Source of the DNA: Eledone cirrhosa
Taxonomy: Eukaryota
Direction: 5' to 3'
Assembly (NCBI GenBank): GCA_964016885.1
Contig: OZ024758.1
Coordinates: forward strand, 7,378,001-7,442,000
Length of the DNA stretch: 64,000 nt
The position numbers and the translations under genes are program-made. Under the pieces are notes generated by a model. The model was given only the letters and a program-made list of their open reading frames with translations. It searched no databases and was not told where the DNA came from. This document shows, piece by piece, positions 26,638 to 40,495 of the stretch. Within the stretch, counting starts at the first letter, position 1; the number at the start of each line of letters is the position of its first letter.

Positions 26638-27179
26638 GTAAATAACTACACCAATATAGAGGTATGTAAATATACACAGACGTGCATAAACCTACTCAAA
26701 TCTTCAAGGAAATATTTCTGTCTGGCGATTGTAATATATTGTTTTCATATTTCACACATTTCTTCTTCCCTATTTTCCCCCTCCCCCAGTGTGAAAGGTG
26801 TTGAGTGAGGCCTCACTGTCATCATATCCTAGAATCAACATTTGTTGTGATAATAACAATTTAGTTTTATGTATTTCGTGAAAATGTATGCATATATTAA
26901 TGGTGAGTAATGCGTAGAAGGATCTTGGTATTGTGACCAGTCCAGTCTTTTATGAAGAATACCATTGAACTATAAACATGAGAAAATATCCAGGTACCTC
27001 TAAAGTGTTTCACCATATTCCACATAGCTGGCTGAAGTCACCGTTTTTTTTACCGTTGAGCTTACTATACTGTACTATACTATACTGTACTGTACTATAC
27101 TATGCTTACTATACTATGCTTACTATACGTATGGTTCATTCAATAAGTTGGATTCAGTCTTCATATGCAAGAGCAGAAG
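26638..27179 (+). repeat. ~540-bp dispersed duplication, copy 2
   Basis: Near-identical to 10115-10652. Confidence 0.95.
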
Positions 27180-27438
27180 CTTACTATACTGTACTATACT
27201 ATGCTGTACTGTACTGTACTATACTATGCTGTACTGTACTATACTGTACTATACTATGCTGTACTATACTGTACTGTACTATACTATGCTGTACTATACT
27301 GTACTGTACTATGCTGTACTGTACTGTACTATACTGTACTATACTATGCTGTACTATACCATACTGTACTATACTATACTGTACTATACTATACTGTACT
27401 ATACTATGCTGTACTGTACTATGCTGTACTGTACTATA
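27180..27438. repeat. (TACTA/TACTG/TGCTG)n pentanucleotide repeat
   Basis: Direct inspection. Confidence 0.95.
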
Positions 27439-27740
27439 TTCAATAATAAATAGTATGGCCCTCTGGTGTTCATGACCCATTCAATGTGACCCCCGATCCA
27501 AAACGTTTGCCCACACCTGATCTAAATCGATAGTAGAGAGCAACCTCGATATTCTAGAATTATCCAACTGGTTTGTATTAGAATATGAACGGTTAGCTAC
27601 TGAGGACCTTAACAAGGAATTCAGCGAGTTATGACTGACATGAGAGATAAAAGGGAGTGACACTGATAGGGAATCTGATGATAAAAAGGGGAAATGGCGT
27701 TGACTGATACAAATTTTAATGCCATTATAATAAACACCCA

Positions 27741-27843
27741 CCGAGGTTAACTTTGCCTTTCATCCTTACGGGGTCGATAAAATAAAGTACCAGTAATACA
27801 CTGGTATAATTGCTGGCCTTGTGCCCAAAGTAGAAACAATTAT
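27741..27843 (+). mobile_element. SINE-A, 5'-truncated
   Basis: SINE-A body and tail. Confidence 0.85.
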
Positions 27844-28004
27844 CTATGTTGTTAGGGCGGTGGATTGTGTGAAAATAGTAGCTGACCACCGAAAGATGAC
27901 TGTTTGTTATTTTATGTTAATTTGGGATATTTAATATGTTTGCTCGTAATTATGAGAACAAACCTGCTAATGGCGTCCACTCGACTATACAGCTTCGTCT
28001 ACAC

Positions 28005-29692
28005 TGGTAGTAGTAGTGGTGGTAGTGGTAGTGGTGGTGGTGGTGGTAGTGGTGGTGGTGGTAGTGGTAGTAGTGGTGGTAGTGGTAGTAGTGGTGGTGG
28101 TAGTGGTAGTAGTGGTGGTGGTGGTGGTAGTAGTAGTGGTAGTAGTGGTGGTGGTTGTGGTGGTAGTGGTGGTGGTGGTAGTAATAGTAGTGGTAGTAGT
28201 AGTGGTAGTGGTGGTGGTGGTAGTAGTGGTAGTAGTAGTGGTGGTGGTAGTAGTGGTAGTGGTGGCGGTGGTGGTGGTGGTAGTAGTAGTGGTAGAGGTA
28301 GTGGTAGTGGTGGTGGTAGTAGTGGTAGTAGTGGTAGTAGTAGTAGTAGTAGTAGCAACAGAAGTGACAATAGTAGTAGTAGTTACTGTTGTTGTTGATG
28401 TAATATTAGTAGTAGTAGTAGTAGTAGCAGCAGCAGCAATGGCAGTGGAATGGTGGTAATTGATGCTTATATTTTTCTTATTTTTCTAGCTGTTGTTATT
28501 ATTCTGATGGTGGTGTTGGTGGTGGTGTTGGTGGTGGTGCTAGTAGTGGTGGTGGTGGTGGTGGTGTTGGTGTTGGTGGTGGTGGTGTTGGTGGAGGTGG
28601 TGTTGGTGGTGGTGGTGTTGGTGCTAGTAGTGGTGGTGGTGGAGGTGGTGTTGGTGGTGGTGGAGGTGGTGTTGGTGGAGGTGGTGTTGGTGGTGGTGGT
28701 GTTGGTGCTAGTAGTAGTGTTGGTGGTGGTGGAGGTGGTGTTGGTGTTGGTTCTAGTAGTGGTGTTGGTGGTGGAGGTGGTGTTGGTGGTGGTGCTAGTA
28801 GTGGTGGTGGTGGAGGTGGTGTTGGTGGTGGTGTTGGTGGTGGTGGTGCTAGTAGTAGTGTTGGTGGTGGTGGAGGTGGTGTTGGTGGTGGTGCTAGTAG
28901 TGGTGGTGGTGGAGGTGGTGTTGGTGGTGGTGTTGGTGGTGGTGGTGCTAGTAGTAGTGTTGGTGGTGGTGGAGGTGGTGTTGGTGGTGGTGCTAGTAGT
29001 GGTGGTGGTGGAGGTGGTGTTGGTGGTGGTGGTGCTAGTAGTAGTGTTGGTGGTGGTGGAGGTGGTGTTGGTGGTGGTGCTAGTAGTGGTGGTGGTGGAG
29101 GTGGTGTTGGTGGTGGTGTTGGTGGTGGTGGTGCTAGTAGTAGTGTTGGTGGTGTTGGTGGTGGTGCTAGTAGTGGTGGTGGTGGAGGTGGTGTTGGTGG
29201 TGGTGTTGGTGGAGGTGCTAGTAGTGGTGGTGGTGGTGGTGGTGTTGGTGGTGCTAGTAGTGATGGAGGTGGTGGTGCTAGTAGTAGTGTTGGTGGTGGT
29301 GGAGGTGGTGTTGGTGTTGGTGCTAGTAGTGGTGTTGGTGGTGGTGGAGGTGGTGTTGGTGTTGGTGCTAGTAGTGGTGGTGGTGGTGGTGGAGGTGGTG
29401 TTGGTGTTGGTGCTAGTAGTGGTGGTGGTGGTGGTGGAGGTGGTGTTGGTGTTGGTGCTAGTAGTGGTGTTGGTGGTGGTGGAGGTGGTGTTGGTGGTGG
29501 TGGTGTTGGTGGTGCTAGTAGTGGTGGTGGTGGTGGTGGTGGTGGTGGTGCTAGTAGTAGTGTTGGTGGTGGTGGAGGTGGTGTTGGTGTTGGTGCTAGT
29601 AGTGGTGGAGGTGGTGGCGGATGGTGGTTGTGGTGCTAGTGGTGGTGGTGGTGGAGGTGGCGGCGTTGGTAGTGCTAGTAGTGGTGGTGGGG
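28005..29692. repeat. (GGT/AGT/GTT)n trinucleotide array with a short unique interruption at ~28445-28505
   Basis: Direct inspection. Confidence 0.95.
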
Positions 29693-29804
29693 TTGTTTAA
29701 TCTGAAGGAATCTGAGCTGTTCAAGTTATATCGTTTCACTGACTCCAATATTGAACTTCTGTAAATAGTGAGGTATTGCCAACAAGAAAGGGAATATACA
29801 CACC

Positions 29805-30401
29805 ACACACATATATATATATATACATATATGTATATATATATACATATATATATATATAAATGTGTATATATATAAATGTGTATATATATATATGCAT
29901 ATATATATATATGTATATATATTTATATATACATGTATATATATACACATGTGTATATATATATATATATATGTGTATATGTACATATATATACATATAT
30001 ACATACATATACATGTATATATATGTACATATATATACATATACATGTATATATATGTACATATATATACATATATACATACATATACATGTATATATAT
30101 GTACATATATATACATATACATGTATATATATGTACATATATATACATATATACATACATATACATGTATATATATGTACATATATATACATATATACAT
30201 ACATATACATGTACATATATATACATATATACATACATATACATGTATATATATATACATATATACATACATATACATGTATATATATGTACATATATAT
30301 ACATACATATACATGTATATATATGTACATATATACATACATACATATATATGTATATATATGTACATATATACATACATACATATATATGTATATATGT
30401 A

Positions 30402-30443
<42 letters not shown>

Positions 30444-30448
30444 CACAC

Positions 30449-30479
<31 letters not shown>

Positions 30480-30500
30480 TATAATTACACACACACATTC
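29805..30500. repeat. (TA/CA) compound microsatellite
   Basis: Direct inspection. Confidence 0.9.
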
Positions 30501-31249
30501 ATGAAATTGTACCAAGGGGGAAAGAAATGGCCCAGAAGACAGATTATGCAGATGAAGAAAGTTGTCAAGTATGAAATACAGTGAGGAGGTCAGAGAAAAA
30601 GTTTGATGGAATATGTAATGATGGACGCTACGTGATACTTTCCCTTGCTCTAAAGCCAGAATGCTCTCAACCAAAAGTAAGTTGGAGCTCAAAGGCTAGC
30701 TTAGAGGCTCCACAGTGTTTTAGCGAAAACTACTTTGCATATGCTTAAGCATACAGTACATCTAGGCACACACATACGCACAGACACACACACACACATA
30801 CATATATACATACATGGTGGCTGCCAACTCGTTTTCGAGTACGGCCACTACTTTATATCCATGTAGGAGAACCCCTACCGATGCGCTGAACGAGTGTGAC
30901 TTTTTAGTCCAGCCAGCGACTTGAAAACTCTGGTACAAACACTACACTTGTGACAATTATTGACACTTAATGCTGGGCCCATGGTACCATGTGACGACAA
31001 GTGCAGAGAGATCTCCAGATATAAAGCAATGCCTGTGCCGTGAAGCTTTTATAGTGAGCAAAGGCACTGCACAAAGCCAGTCCTACTCTCTTAACCAAGA
31101 TGATATTTACCAAAAAGAAGAACAAGTCAACATCATCGGATACCATCAGGGTTGCAGGTGTTATATCAGAGTTTTCCTTCTCCTAGAATTCTGCCTTGAC
31201 AAAGGCTAAGGGGTCATCTCTCATACATACATACATACATACATACATA

Positions 31250-31310
31250 GTTTCTGGTGATTTCTTTTGAATGAAACAGTTCTAGTCCTGTAGAAACAAT
31301 TTCTATATTA
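31250..31310 (+). other. Decayed H1 hammerhead copy
   Basis: CTGGTGATTTCTTTTGAATGAAACAGTTCTAGTCCTGTAGAAAC; core reads CUGGUGA. Confidence 0.7.
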
Positions 31311-31693
31311 AACATGATGTTTACACTCTCTTAATGTATTGAGTAGAAATAACCCAAATTGTTCTTGGCCGTTTATTTTTCCTTTTATATATATATATAT
31401 GTGTGTGTATATGTGTCTGTGTGAGTGTATGTGTATATTTGCAGCCTCTGGCTACACGTCGAGAACGGACTTTACAATCATTTCAAAAGCCGTCCATCCT
31501 GGCCAGACGTTCTCCATATTCTGCAAGATACTTACATAGTCTACAAACGTTCCAAAATATTTGGATCAATTCAGATTATAGGAATTATCTCCCTTGCATG
31601 CTCACCTAAATTTGAGCACTCCCAAATGAAATTGTGAGGATAGTCTCAGTTGATAGATTTTTCGCCATGTATAAAATACGAGACTCTTCTAGG

Positions 31694-31738
<45 letters not shown>

Positions 31739-31829
31739 ACAGCTCACACCTATGCAGGTTTAACTGGCCTCCTCCAAGGTATATCTCGTTGGAGGTGTCT
31801 TGGGTAATTTAATGATAGGAACCCCAGTC

Positions 31830-31972
31830 CTATCAACTCATTTCTACAGCTGAGTAAACTGGAACAACGTGTTAATAAAGTGTCTTGTTCAAGGAAACAA
31901 CACATCACCCGGTCCGAGAATTGAACTCACAACCTTTCGATTGCAAGGCGAATGCTCTAACCACTAAGCCAT
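31830..31972 (-). mobile_element. CORE-like tRNA SINE (SINE-C)
   Basis: Minus TGGCTTAGTGGTTAG...GAGTTCAATTCTC...CCTTGAACAAGACACTT; similar to 40600-40846. Confidence 0.7.
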
Positions 31973-31977
31973 GGATA

Positions 31978-32133
31978 TATGAGGTGTTGAAAGGTTCCTG
32001 GCTTTAAGGGCAAAGCTGTTGCCGTTGCAACAGACGTAGGACCGCTGTAATAAGTGTGTGAATAAAATCATAATTAACTGATCCTCCTTTATTCCCTTTT
32101 ACCCAAAGCCAGGGACTTTTCAGCCCCCTCGTT
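31978..32133. mobile_element. Second mariner-type MITE (M2)
   Basis: GAGGTGTTGAAAGGTTCCTGGCTTT ... AAAGCCAGGGACTTTTCAGCCCCCTCG imperfect TIRs. Confidence 0.7.
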
Positions 32134-32628
32134 TATACACAGCTCTGGTATCTTCGTCTCTTTCATTTATTGACACGTATAATCTTCATATAACTCTTTC
32201 CCCCTCTCCTATAAATAATTGACCATTTTCTGTCGAGCCAACTTGCTAAGTGAATATACGTCGCCATGTATATCTAAAGAAAAAATATCGAAACATGCTC
32301 GTTGCTTTCACCAATACATTTTTGATGTAGATGACAAATATTTGCACACACATATACATACTAAATCACACGCGCTCCACAAATACACATACGCATTATA
32401 TGTATATTATGTATGTCTGTTGACACACACACACATATATATATTGTATATATGTAATATTCATTATATATATATTGTATATATGTAATATTCATTATAT
32501 ATATATTGTATATATGTAATATTCATTATATATATATATATATATATATATACTTACACTTATATATATATATACTTATATATATATATATACATATATA
32601 TATACTTACACTTATATATATATATACT

Positions 32629-32682
<54 letters not shown>

Positions 32683-32869
32683 CATACATATATATATATT
32701 GTATATATATATATATATTGTATATATATATATATTGTATATATATATATATTGTATATATATATTGTATATATATATATATTGTATATATATATTGTAT
32801 ATATATATATATTGTATATATATATTGTATATATATGTATCATTCATTATATATATCTATATACCAGGA

Positions 32870-33316
32870 TGGTGAATTGGCAGTATCGGTAGAGGGTTCG
32901 ACGCCATGCTTTGACGTATAGAGTTACGGCCCTTGCCATCGTGAGTTCAAATCCCGCCGAGGTTAACTTTGCCTTTCATCCTTACGGGGTCGATAAAATA
33001 AAGTACCAGTAATGCACTGAGATAATTGCTGGCCTTGTGCCAAAAGTAGAAACAAGTATATATATCTATATATATATATATATTTATATAATTATATATA
33101 TATTGTATATATGTATCATTCATTATATACACACATGGCAGTATTGGTAGAGGGTCGGATGCCATGCTTTGACGTATAGAGTTACAGCCCTTGCCATTCT
33201 GAGTTCAAATCCCGCCGAGGTTAACTTTGCCTTTCATCCTTACGGGGTCGATAAAATAAAGTACCAGTAATACACTGGGTAATTGCTGGCCTTGTGCCTA
33301 ACGTAGAAACAATTAT
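32870..33316 (+). mobile_element. Two SINE-A copies (32870-33054, 33136-33316)
   Basis: SINE-A sequence; both preceded by GTATCATTCATTATA. Confidence 0.9.
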
Positions 33317-33843
33317 ATACACACACACACACATATGTATATATATATATACATATACATTTTGTATAATGTATATGTTTATATATGTGTGTATGTGTGT
33401 GTGTGTGTATGTGTGCATGTAAGTAAGTATGTATGTATAGTGTAGACGTATGTGTGTATATAGTTTCCATGTTATGCCAATATTGATTTGCTTTTAATGA
33501 AAAGTCTATGTAAAACATTTGTAGCCGAAGATCTAGTGAAGTGATTAATGACATTCTCAAACGCTCACATAAATACACATTTTACATGTTTAGGTCAACG
33601 ATTTAGACTTATTTATTTTAGTCACCAATTAATAATCAATTAAGAGTCACCAGTTATAAAAAATAATTAAATAGTTGGAGAATTCTAGATGAAATTGGAC
33701 GCATGTAGATAATATATTAACTTTTATTAGACAGTTAGAGAAGAGCGGAACTGTATATGAAAGATTAAAGATGATAAATGTGTTTGTCCTGTGGAATAGT
33801 AGACTTATATACCGGATATCAACAATATAAAAAGGCATGCGTG

Positions 33844-34294
33844 TTGGCATAGAAGGTTGGACGCCATGCTTTGCAGTATAGAGTTACGCCCCTTTATAGT
33901 CTGAGTTTAAATCCCGCCGAGGTTCACTTTGCTTTTCATCCTTACGGGGTCGATAAAATAAAGTACCAGTAATGTACTGGTTTAATTGCTGGCTTTGTGT
34001 CAAAAGTAGAAGCAATATTACTGTAATCACAAGAGCGGTGGATTGACAGACGAACCGGTAGAGCGTCGGACAACATGCTTTGCAGCATAGTGTTACGGCC
34101 CTTTACGTTCTCAGTTTAAATCACGCCGAGGTCGATAAAAGAAAGAATCTTACTGGGTAGATAAATCTTGCTGGGTAGATAAATAAAAATACCAGGGTAC
34201 GATTTAATCAACTGGGGTCGATTTAATCAACTATACCCTCCCCCCAAATTCTTGTCCTTGTGTCTAAATCAAAAACCAATATTACTGTAATCAC
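33844..34294 (+). mobile_element. Two adjacent SINE-A copies, the second rearranged and bounded by an 18-bp direct repeat
   Basis: CAATATTACTGTAATCAC at 34013-34030 and 34277-34294. Confidence 0.8.
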
Positions 34295-34873
34295 GGTTTT
34301 GCATTTAACCCTCTTGAGGATCGATAAAGTAAGTACAAGTCACTATAGTGGTTTTGATTTAATTGATTATGTTCCTCTTAAAATGTCTGACCTCGTGTCT
34401 ACTCTAATTTTTTGAGTTGTTATCATACGTCTGTGAATGGTACACAATATTGTTGGGTAATTATATTACAATTCCTCACGCAACTTCTGTTGTAGAGGAA
34501 TGGTATTAGAATTGGTGTAGGTCTGGCTATGACAGGGAGAGATAAAAAGCCTAGGAGAGATAAAACAAGAAAGATAAGGTATTAGAATCGGTGTAGATAT
34601 GGCTGTTACGAGGAGAGATTAAAAAATCCGATTACCCTTGTTTTAGAATAAATAAAAATATTTCTGATTTTATATTTTTTACATAAGATTGCATTTAGTT
34701 CTTGTTTCTTTAATATTAGATGAATGAAGACCATATCTTCCTCTCTATTTCTGACCAGCATATCACAGGTATTGTTTCCACGGGATCAGCTAGGTTCGGC
34801 GCCGAAAGCCTACGAGTCTTTCCGGAAAATTACGATGCTTATAGTGGCGCATTGGATTAGCCCTGTGTTAAAC

Positions 34874-35060
34874 CTACAGTACAGTATAATACAATACAGT
34901 ATAGTACACAACAGTACATTACAGTACAGTACTGTAATGTAATGTACTGTATTGTACTGCACACTACTGGACAGTAGAGTACAGAATAATACAGTACTGT
35001 ATTGTACCGGCATTGTATTGTACTGTACAGTACTGTACAGTACATCACAGTACGGTACAA
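34874..35060. repeat. (TACAG)/(TACTG) pentamer repeat with strand switches
   Basis: Orientation flips at CAGTACTG near 34930. Confidence 0.8.
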
Positions 35061-35224
35061 TGCGTGGAAGTAAACTAGACATGTTCATTACCTGACTACG
35101 GTACTGGTGACAGTATATTAACCACTGAGCCACTGATTGTATCATAAGATATCCTCTCAGTCAGCCATTTTATATTTCTAGAAATACACACGTCTACACA
35201 CACACATATATAGGTTTATATGTG

Positions 35225-35288
<64 letters not shown>

Positions 35289-35367
35289 TAGATATATAGA
35301 TATATTTATTAAAATAACAGATTAAAGTTTAAGCAAAGAATCGCTGCTTTCACCCTTAACGGGATCT

Positions 35368-35403
<36 letters not shown>

Positions 35404-36127
35404 ATAGTGAGGTATATATAGAGCAGTATATATAGTGAGGTATATATAGAACAGTATATATAGATATACATACAGAAGTATATATAGAGAGGCAGGAAGA
35501 GGCTTTGTCTTTGGGAGAACATTTTTTTTATCGAATTAAATTCTTTTTTTTTTAAATTTAATGTCATTCTTTCATTTATTCCTTCTTGTCTTTCTATCTT
35601 TTTCTTTCTTTCTTTCCTTCTGTCTTTCTGTCTTTTCCTTCTTACTTTCCTTCTTTCCTGTATTTTTTCGTAACTCTACCTCTATTCTACCTCTACCCCT
35701 ACGTCTAATCTATCTCACCGACACCACTACCACTACCTCTACCTCCATTCTACCACACCACTACCACTACCCGTATCTCTATTCTCAAGCATTAAATCTG
35801 TACCCGTTGATACCACACACCACCACGCACCGTGATACCACACACCACCACGCAATATTTCAGTTTATGTAGATACTTAACGTACATATACTCAGTAACT
35901 GTTCACATACCAAAACATACACCAAAATTCCCCCCTCCCCCCATCATATACACACATATACACACATGTACACACATGTACACACGTATACACACATATA
36001 TACACATGTACACACATATACACACGTACAGACGTAATAAACTGCAGAGGTATTCTTTGATATAGGTTGTAAATTGGACATATAAAAACCAACGTTACAT
36101 AAAATGCTAGTAAATGTATCTTGAAAC

Positions 36128-36141
36128 ACACACACACACAC

Positions 36142-36221
<80 letters not shown>

Positions 36222-36601
36222 GAGTGTGTGTATGTGTGTCTATCTATATATATATATGAGTGTGTGTGTGTGTGTGTCTATATATATATATATAAGTGTG
36301 TGTGTGTGTGTCTATATATATATATATATGAGTGTGTGTATGTGTGTCTATATATATATATATGAGTGTGTGTGTGTGTGTCTCTATATATATATGAGTG
36401 TGTGTGTGTGTGTCTATATATATATATATATGAGTGTGTGTATGTGTGTCTATATATATATATATGAGTGTGTGTATGTGTGTCTATATATATATGAGTG
36501 TGTGTATGTGTGTCTATATATATATAAGTGTGTGTATGTGTGTGTGTAGAGAGAGAGAGATTTATATATACTTCTCTATATATATACCTCTCTCTATATA
36601 C

Positions 36602-36632
<31 letters not shown>

Positions 36633-36710
36633 CCTCACTATATATACCTCTCTCTCTATACACCTCTCTCACTATATACACCTCTCTCTATATACACCTC
36701 TCTCTATATA
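36128..36710. repeat. Compound (TA)(TG) minisatellite and CT/TA repeat
   Basis: Repeated GAGTGTGT...CTATATA units. Confidence 0.9.
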
Positions 36711-36819
36711 ATATCCAATAAATAAATAGTAGTGCGGTCTATTATCCTATAGTACTGTGATCTATAGAGAATTATATATAGTGTTGGTTTGGAACTGAAT
36801 CGTCACACACCAATAGTTA

Positions 36820-37860
36820 CGACAACAACAACGACGACAACGACAAAATCAACATCAACAACATCAACACCATCAACACCATCAACATCAACACCATCAA
36901 CATCAACACCAACACCAACAACAACACCATCAACATCATCATCAACACCATCAACATCAACAACATCAACATCATCATCATCAACATCAACAACCGAAGT
37001 AGCAACAGCAACCTCACAACACCACCACCAACATCACCACCACCAACATCACCGCCCTACCACCACCACCAACATCACCACCACCACCACCACCGACAGC
37101 AACAACATCCTCACAACAGCAACACCACCAACACCAACACCAACACCAACACCCTCCTACCACCGCCAACAACAACAACAACAACAGCAATGGTATAGTT
37201 CAAACAAACAAGCTGTTAGACGCTAAGTTCCGCCCGGTCGCCTCAGTGATCTATGATAGATTGTTTCTGAAGCTTTTAATGTCATTTGAAACTAATGTTA
37301 TCATTGTTTATTGCATGTTACATCTCCATATATAGATATAATTACAGCTGATGTCATCGTGGGTGGTGGTGGTGGTATGGTGGTGGTGGGTAGTGGCGGG
37401 GGGGGGGGGGGGGGGGGGGGGTGCTGTTGTTGTTGGTGGTGGGGGTGGGGGGGGGTTGTTATTGGTGGGGGTGTGTGGTGGTGGTGATGATGGTGGTGGT
37501 ATGGTGGTGGTAGTGGTGGTGGTGGTGATGATGGCGCTTGTGATGATGGTGGTGATGATGCTGGTGGCGGTGACGATAGGGGTGGTGGTGGTGGTGATGA
37601 TTATGGCGGTGGTGATGATGGTGTTAACTGGTGACATTGATGGCGGTGGTGATGATAGTGGTGGCGGTGATGATGATGTTGGTGATGATGGTGATGATGG
37701 TGATGATAGGGGGGGGGGTCGTGGTGATGATGATGATGGTGATGATGGTGCTGATGGTGGTGGTTATGGTGGTGGTGAAGGTGGCGGTGATGATTGTTAC
37801 GGAGGTAATGGTGGAGTCGACGATGATGATGATCACTATAGAGCTGATGATGATGATTAT
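36820..37860. repeat. (CAA/CAT/CAC)n tract followed by an oppositely oriented (GGT/GAT)n tract
   Basis: Direct inspection. Confidence 0.9.
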
Positions 37861-38443
37861 GCTAATGACTAGCAGAAAGTTCGATGGTAATTGAAATATT
37901 TTTTCTTCCTTTGTTTAGTTTTTCGCCCAGTTCTGTTCAATGTGAGTTCCAATCTCGTTGAAAGTCAACTTAGTACTTTTTCCTGCCACTGGTGTTGATA
38001 AACTAATTGCCAACACCATAATGCTATATCGGACTCATTACAACCTACTATATTTCGTCATAAATGACTCTTGTCAAAAGCAAATAATTATTTTCTCCTA
38101 GATTCTTTCCTCTATCATTTTTCTGTTATTTTAGCTTTGTTTTGAATACCAGCAGACCACTAATGTGAAATCAATGTACTATAATGTCTCTCTTGGTGGC
38201 AGACATATCATTCTAGCTGAAAACAAAACCAAACAACAAAAAGACGTTTTCACTTGAAATTCTACTTCAACTCACCAAATGCCACTATCGTGCCATGACT
38301 AATGAAATTATCATAATCATCATCATCACCAACGTCGTCATAATCATCATCATCATCACCACCAACTCCATCACCACCATCACCATCATTGCTAATCGTC
38401 ATCATCATCATTATTATTATCATTATCATTATTATTATTATTG

Positions 38444-38663
38444 GGGCGATTAATTTGCAGTATCGGCAAGGCGTTGGACAACATGCTTTGCAGTATATAG
38501 TTACGTCCCTTACGTTCTGCGTTCAAATCCTGCTGAGGTTAACTTTGCCTTCATCCTTACTAGGTCTATAAAATAAAGTACCAGTAATACACTGGGGTCG
38601 ATTTAATCGACCTTTCCTCCCCTCAAATTGCTGGCCTTGTGCCAAATATAGTAACAATTATTA
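38444..38663 (+). mobile_element. SINE-A, long variant
   Basis: Includes the GGTCGATTTAATCGACC hairpin segment. Confidence 0.85.
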
Positions 38664-40289
38664 TTGATGGTTGTAGACTGATAGAAATGAGGGAGCGTTG
38701 GACGAGGGAGCGTTGGACGAGGGAGCGTCGGACGAAATGCTGATAGTATTTAGTTACGTACTGTGACGTTTCGAGTTCAAATACCGCCGAGGTTGATTTT
38801 GCCCCCACATCTTTCCAATATAATATATGTCAGTGAAATATAATATATGTCAGTGAAATGTCAATATAATTGAGTAGGGCATAGCATGGACCCGTATCTC
38901 CTGAGGAAGTCAGAGGGGTGCCGTATTGACATACGGCGTTTCTTTAGCATTTTACAAAACCTGGTGGAGCCCCTCTTTTCTCCAGGTCTAAATACATGGC
39001 TATTCTTGCGTTGAGTTTTCTCATTTTTTAATAAATTATAATATATAATTGTATTACTACTACTCACTTTTTGCGATACCGAAATTAGAAAAGTCATTTT
39101 TTAATGAATTAGTCAGAAAAGGAAGTCCAGTCAGTATCCATGAGTCTTTTCATGACTTTGATAACTGGTAGAAGGAAAAGAGGAAATTATTCTCAGGCTT
39201 AAAACCTACCCTAAATGCTTATAATAGAGCACTCCCTCAAAATAGAGTATTCACTCAAGAGTCAGGAGGCAGCTTGAAACTACACAAGAACTGCACATGA
39301 ACTTCCGCGTAGATTCTGTCAACCAAATTTCCCCCAGGCTTCGGTCACCGCAAGGCAATGGCTGACACAAGGCATCGCGCAGTAGGCCTGAAACCGAAAC
39401 TATGTAATTGTAAAAATAACATATTAACCCCACGACCACACGAACGACTCTTGAACACAAACTCAAAACTTTGATGTAGTATTCTAGTGATTGGACAAAG
39501 TAGCTATTATGGATCCATAACGACTGCAACATTAACAGCTGAATAATATTGATAATGACAAAGGAATTGGTCAATCAATATGAAGACTCGGTCTTATAAC
39601 ATTTGAACTATTGATGATAAAGGAATAGTAAATAATCGGATTATCATAGTGGAGTTTCATATGACTATTTATTGCAGGTTGGTCATAGTATTATTCCTTT
39701 GAAGCCGAGAGCTTACTGTCGGCTAACCTCAAGGTTACTTCATTTTATTATGGTCATAGTTAAAGTTATCATTGCTGTCACATATGGTGTTGCTACTATC
39801 AACAGTTATCAAAGTTGTTTTTATCATTGCTGTCATTGCTGTCATTGCCATTACATTAGTATTTTGTTCTTCTTGTTGCAGTCACCGTTACATTCCATAA
39901 CATTATTATATTTGTGAGTATTTCAGTCACAACAGACATCCACTATAATCATAGTTTCTGTTCTCACAAATACCAACACTATACGTTAAGTGACTTCATT
40001 TGTTAGTTATCACGAAGTGATAATAATGCTGCTACTGCTATAGCCACAGTTAGTGTGGCAACGTTTGTAGCCTTCAAGCTGTTATATTCTCTTGTTTTAA
40101 CACAACTAACAACGACAAAAATAATAGATTAATAAATAGCTATCATCTCATATAATGCATTAAGTTTCATATTTTAAGAGAAGTATGGACAATTATATAG
40201 TGTTCTATAGCGTTCCCAACAGCGTTTGGTGACTCAAGAGAAGCAGTTCAAACTGAGAATCAAAGATCGGTTATGAAATTGTTTAGCTG

Positions 40290-40495
40290 CTGCAACATGG
40301 CGCCGATTATTAACTACGAGATCACGTGTAGTAATATCGGATTTCTTTTAAAATATATTTTGCAGTCATCCTCTCTTATTTAAGCCGAGAGTTAAAGTAC
40401 TACCACAAACAGTGCAACACGTTCATTCAATATGCCTAACATATCCGACAGAGAACGGAAGTTAACAGTGGAATGATAAATGCCACGTGATGTTT
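40290..40495. promoter_or_regulatory. Possible promoter-like motif cluster
   Basis: CAACATGGCG (YY1-like) 40293, CACGTG at 40323 and 40484, CGGAAGT (ETS-like) 40456, in non-repetitive DNA. Confidence 0.3.

Noticed and set aside
27598-27700. CTGAGGA and CTGATGA motifs as hammerheads
   Set aside because: The first lacks GAAA after the stem; the second has no stem II
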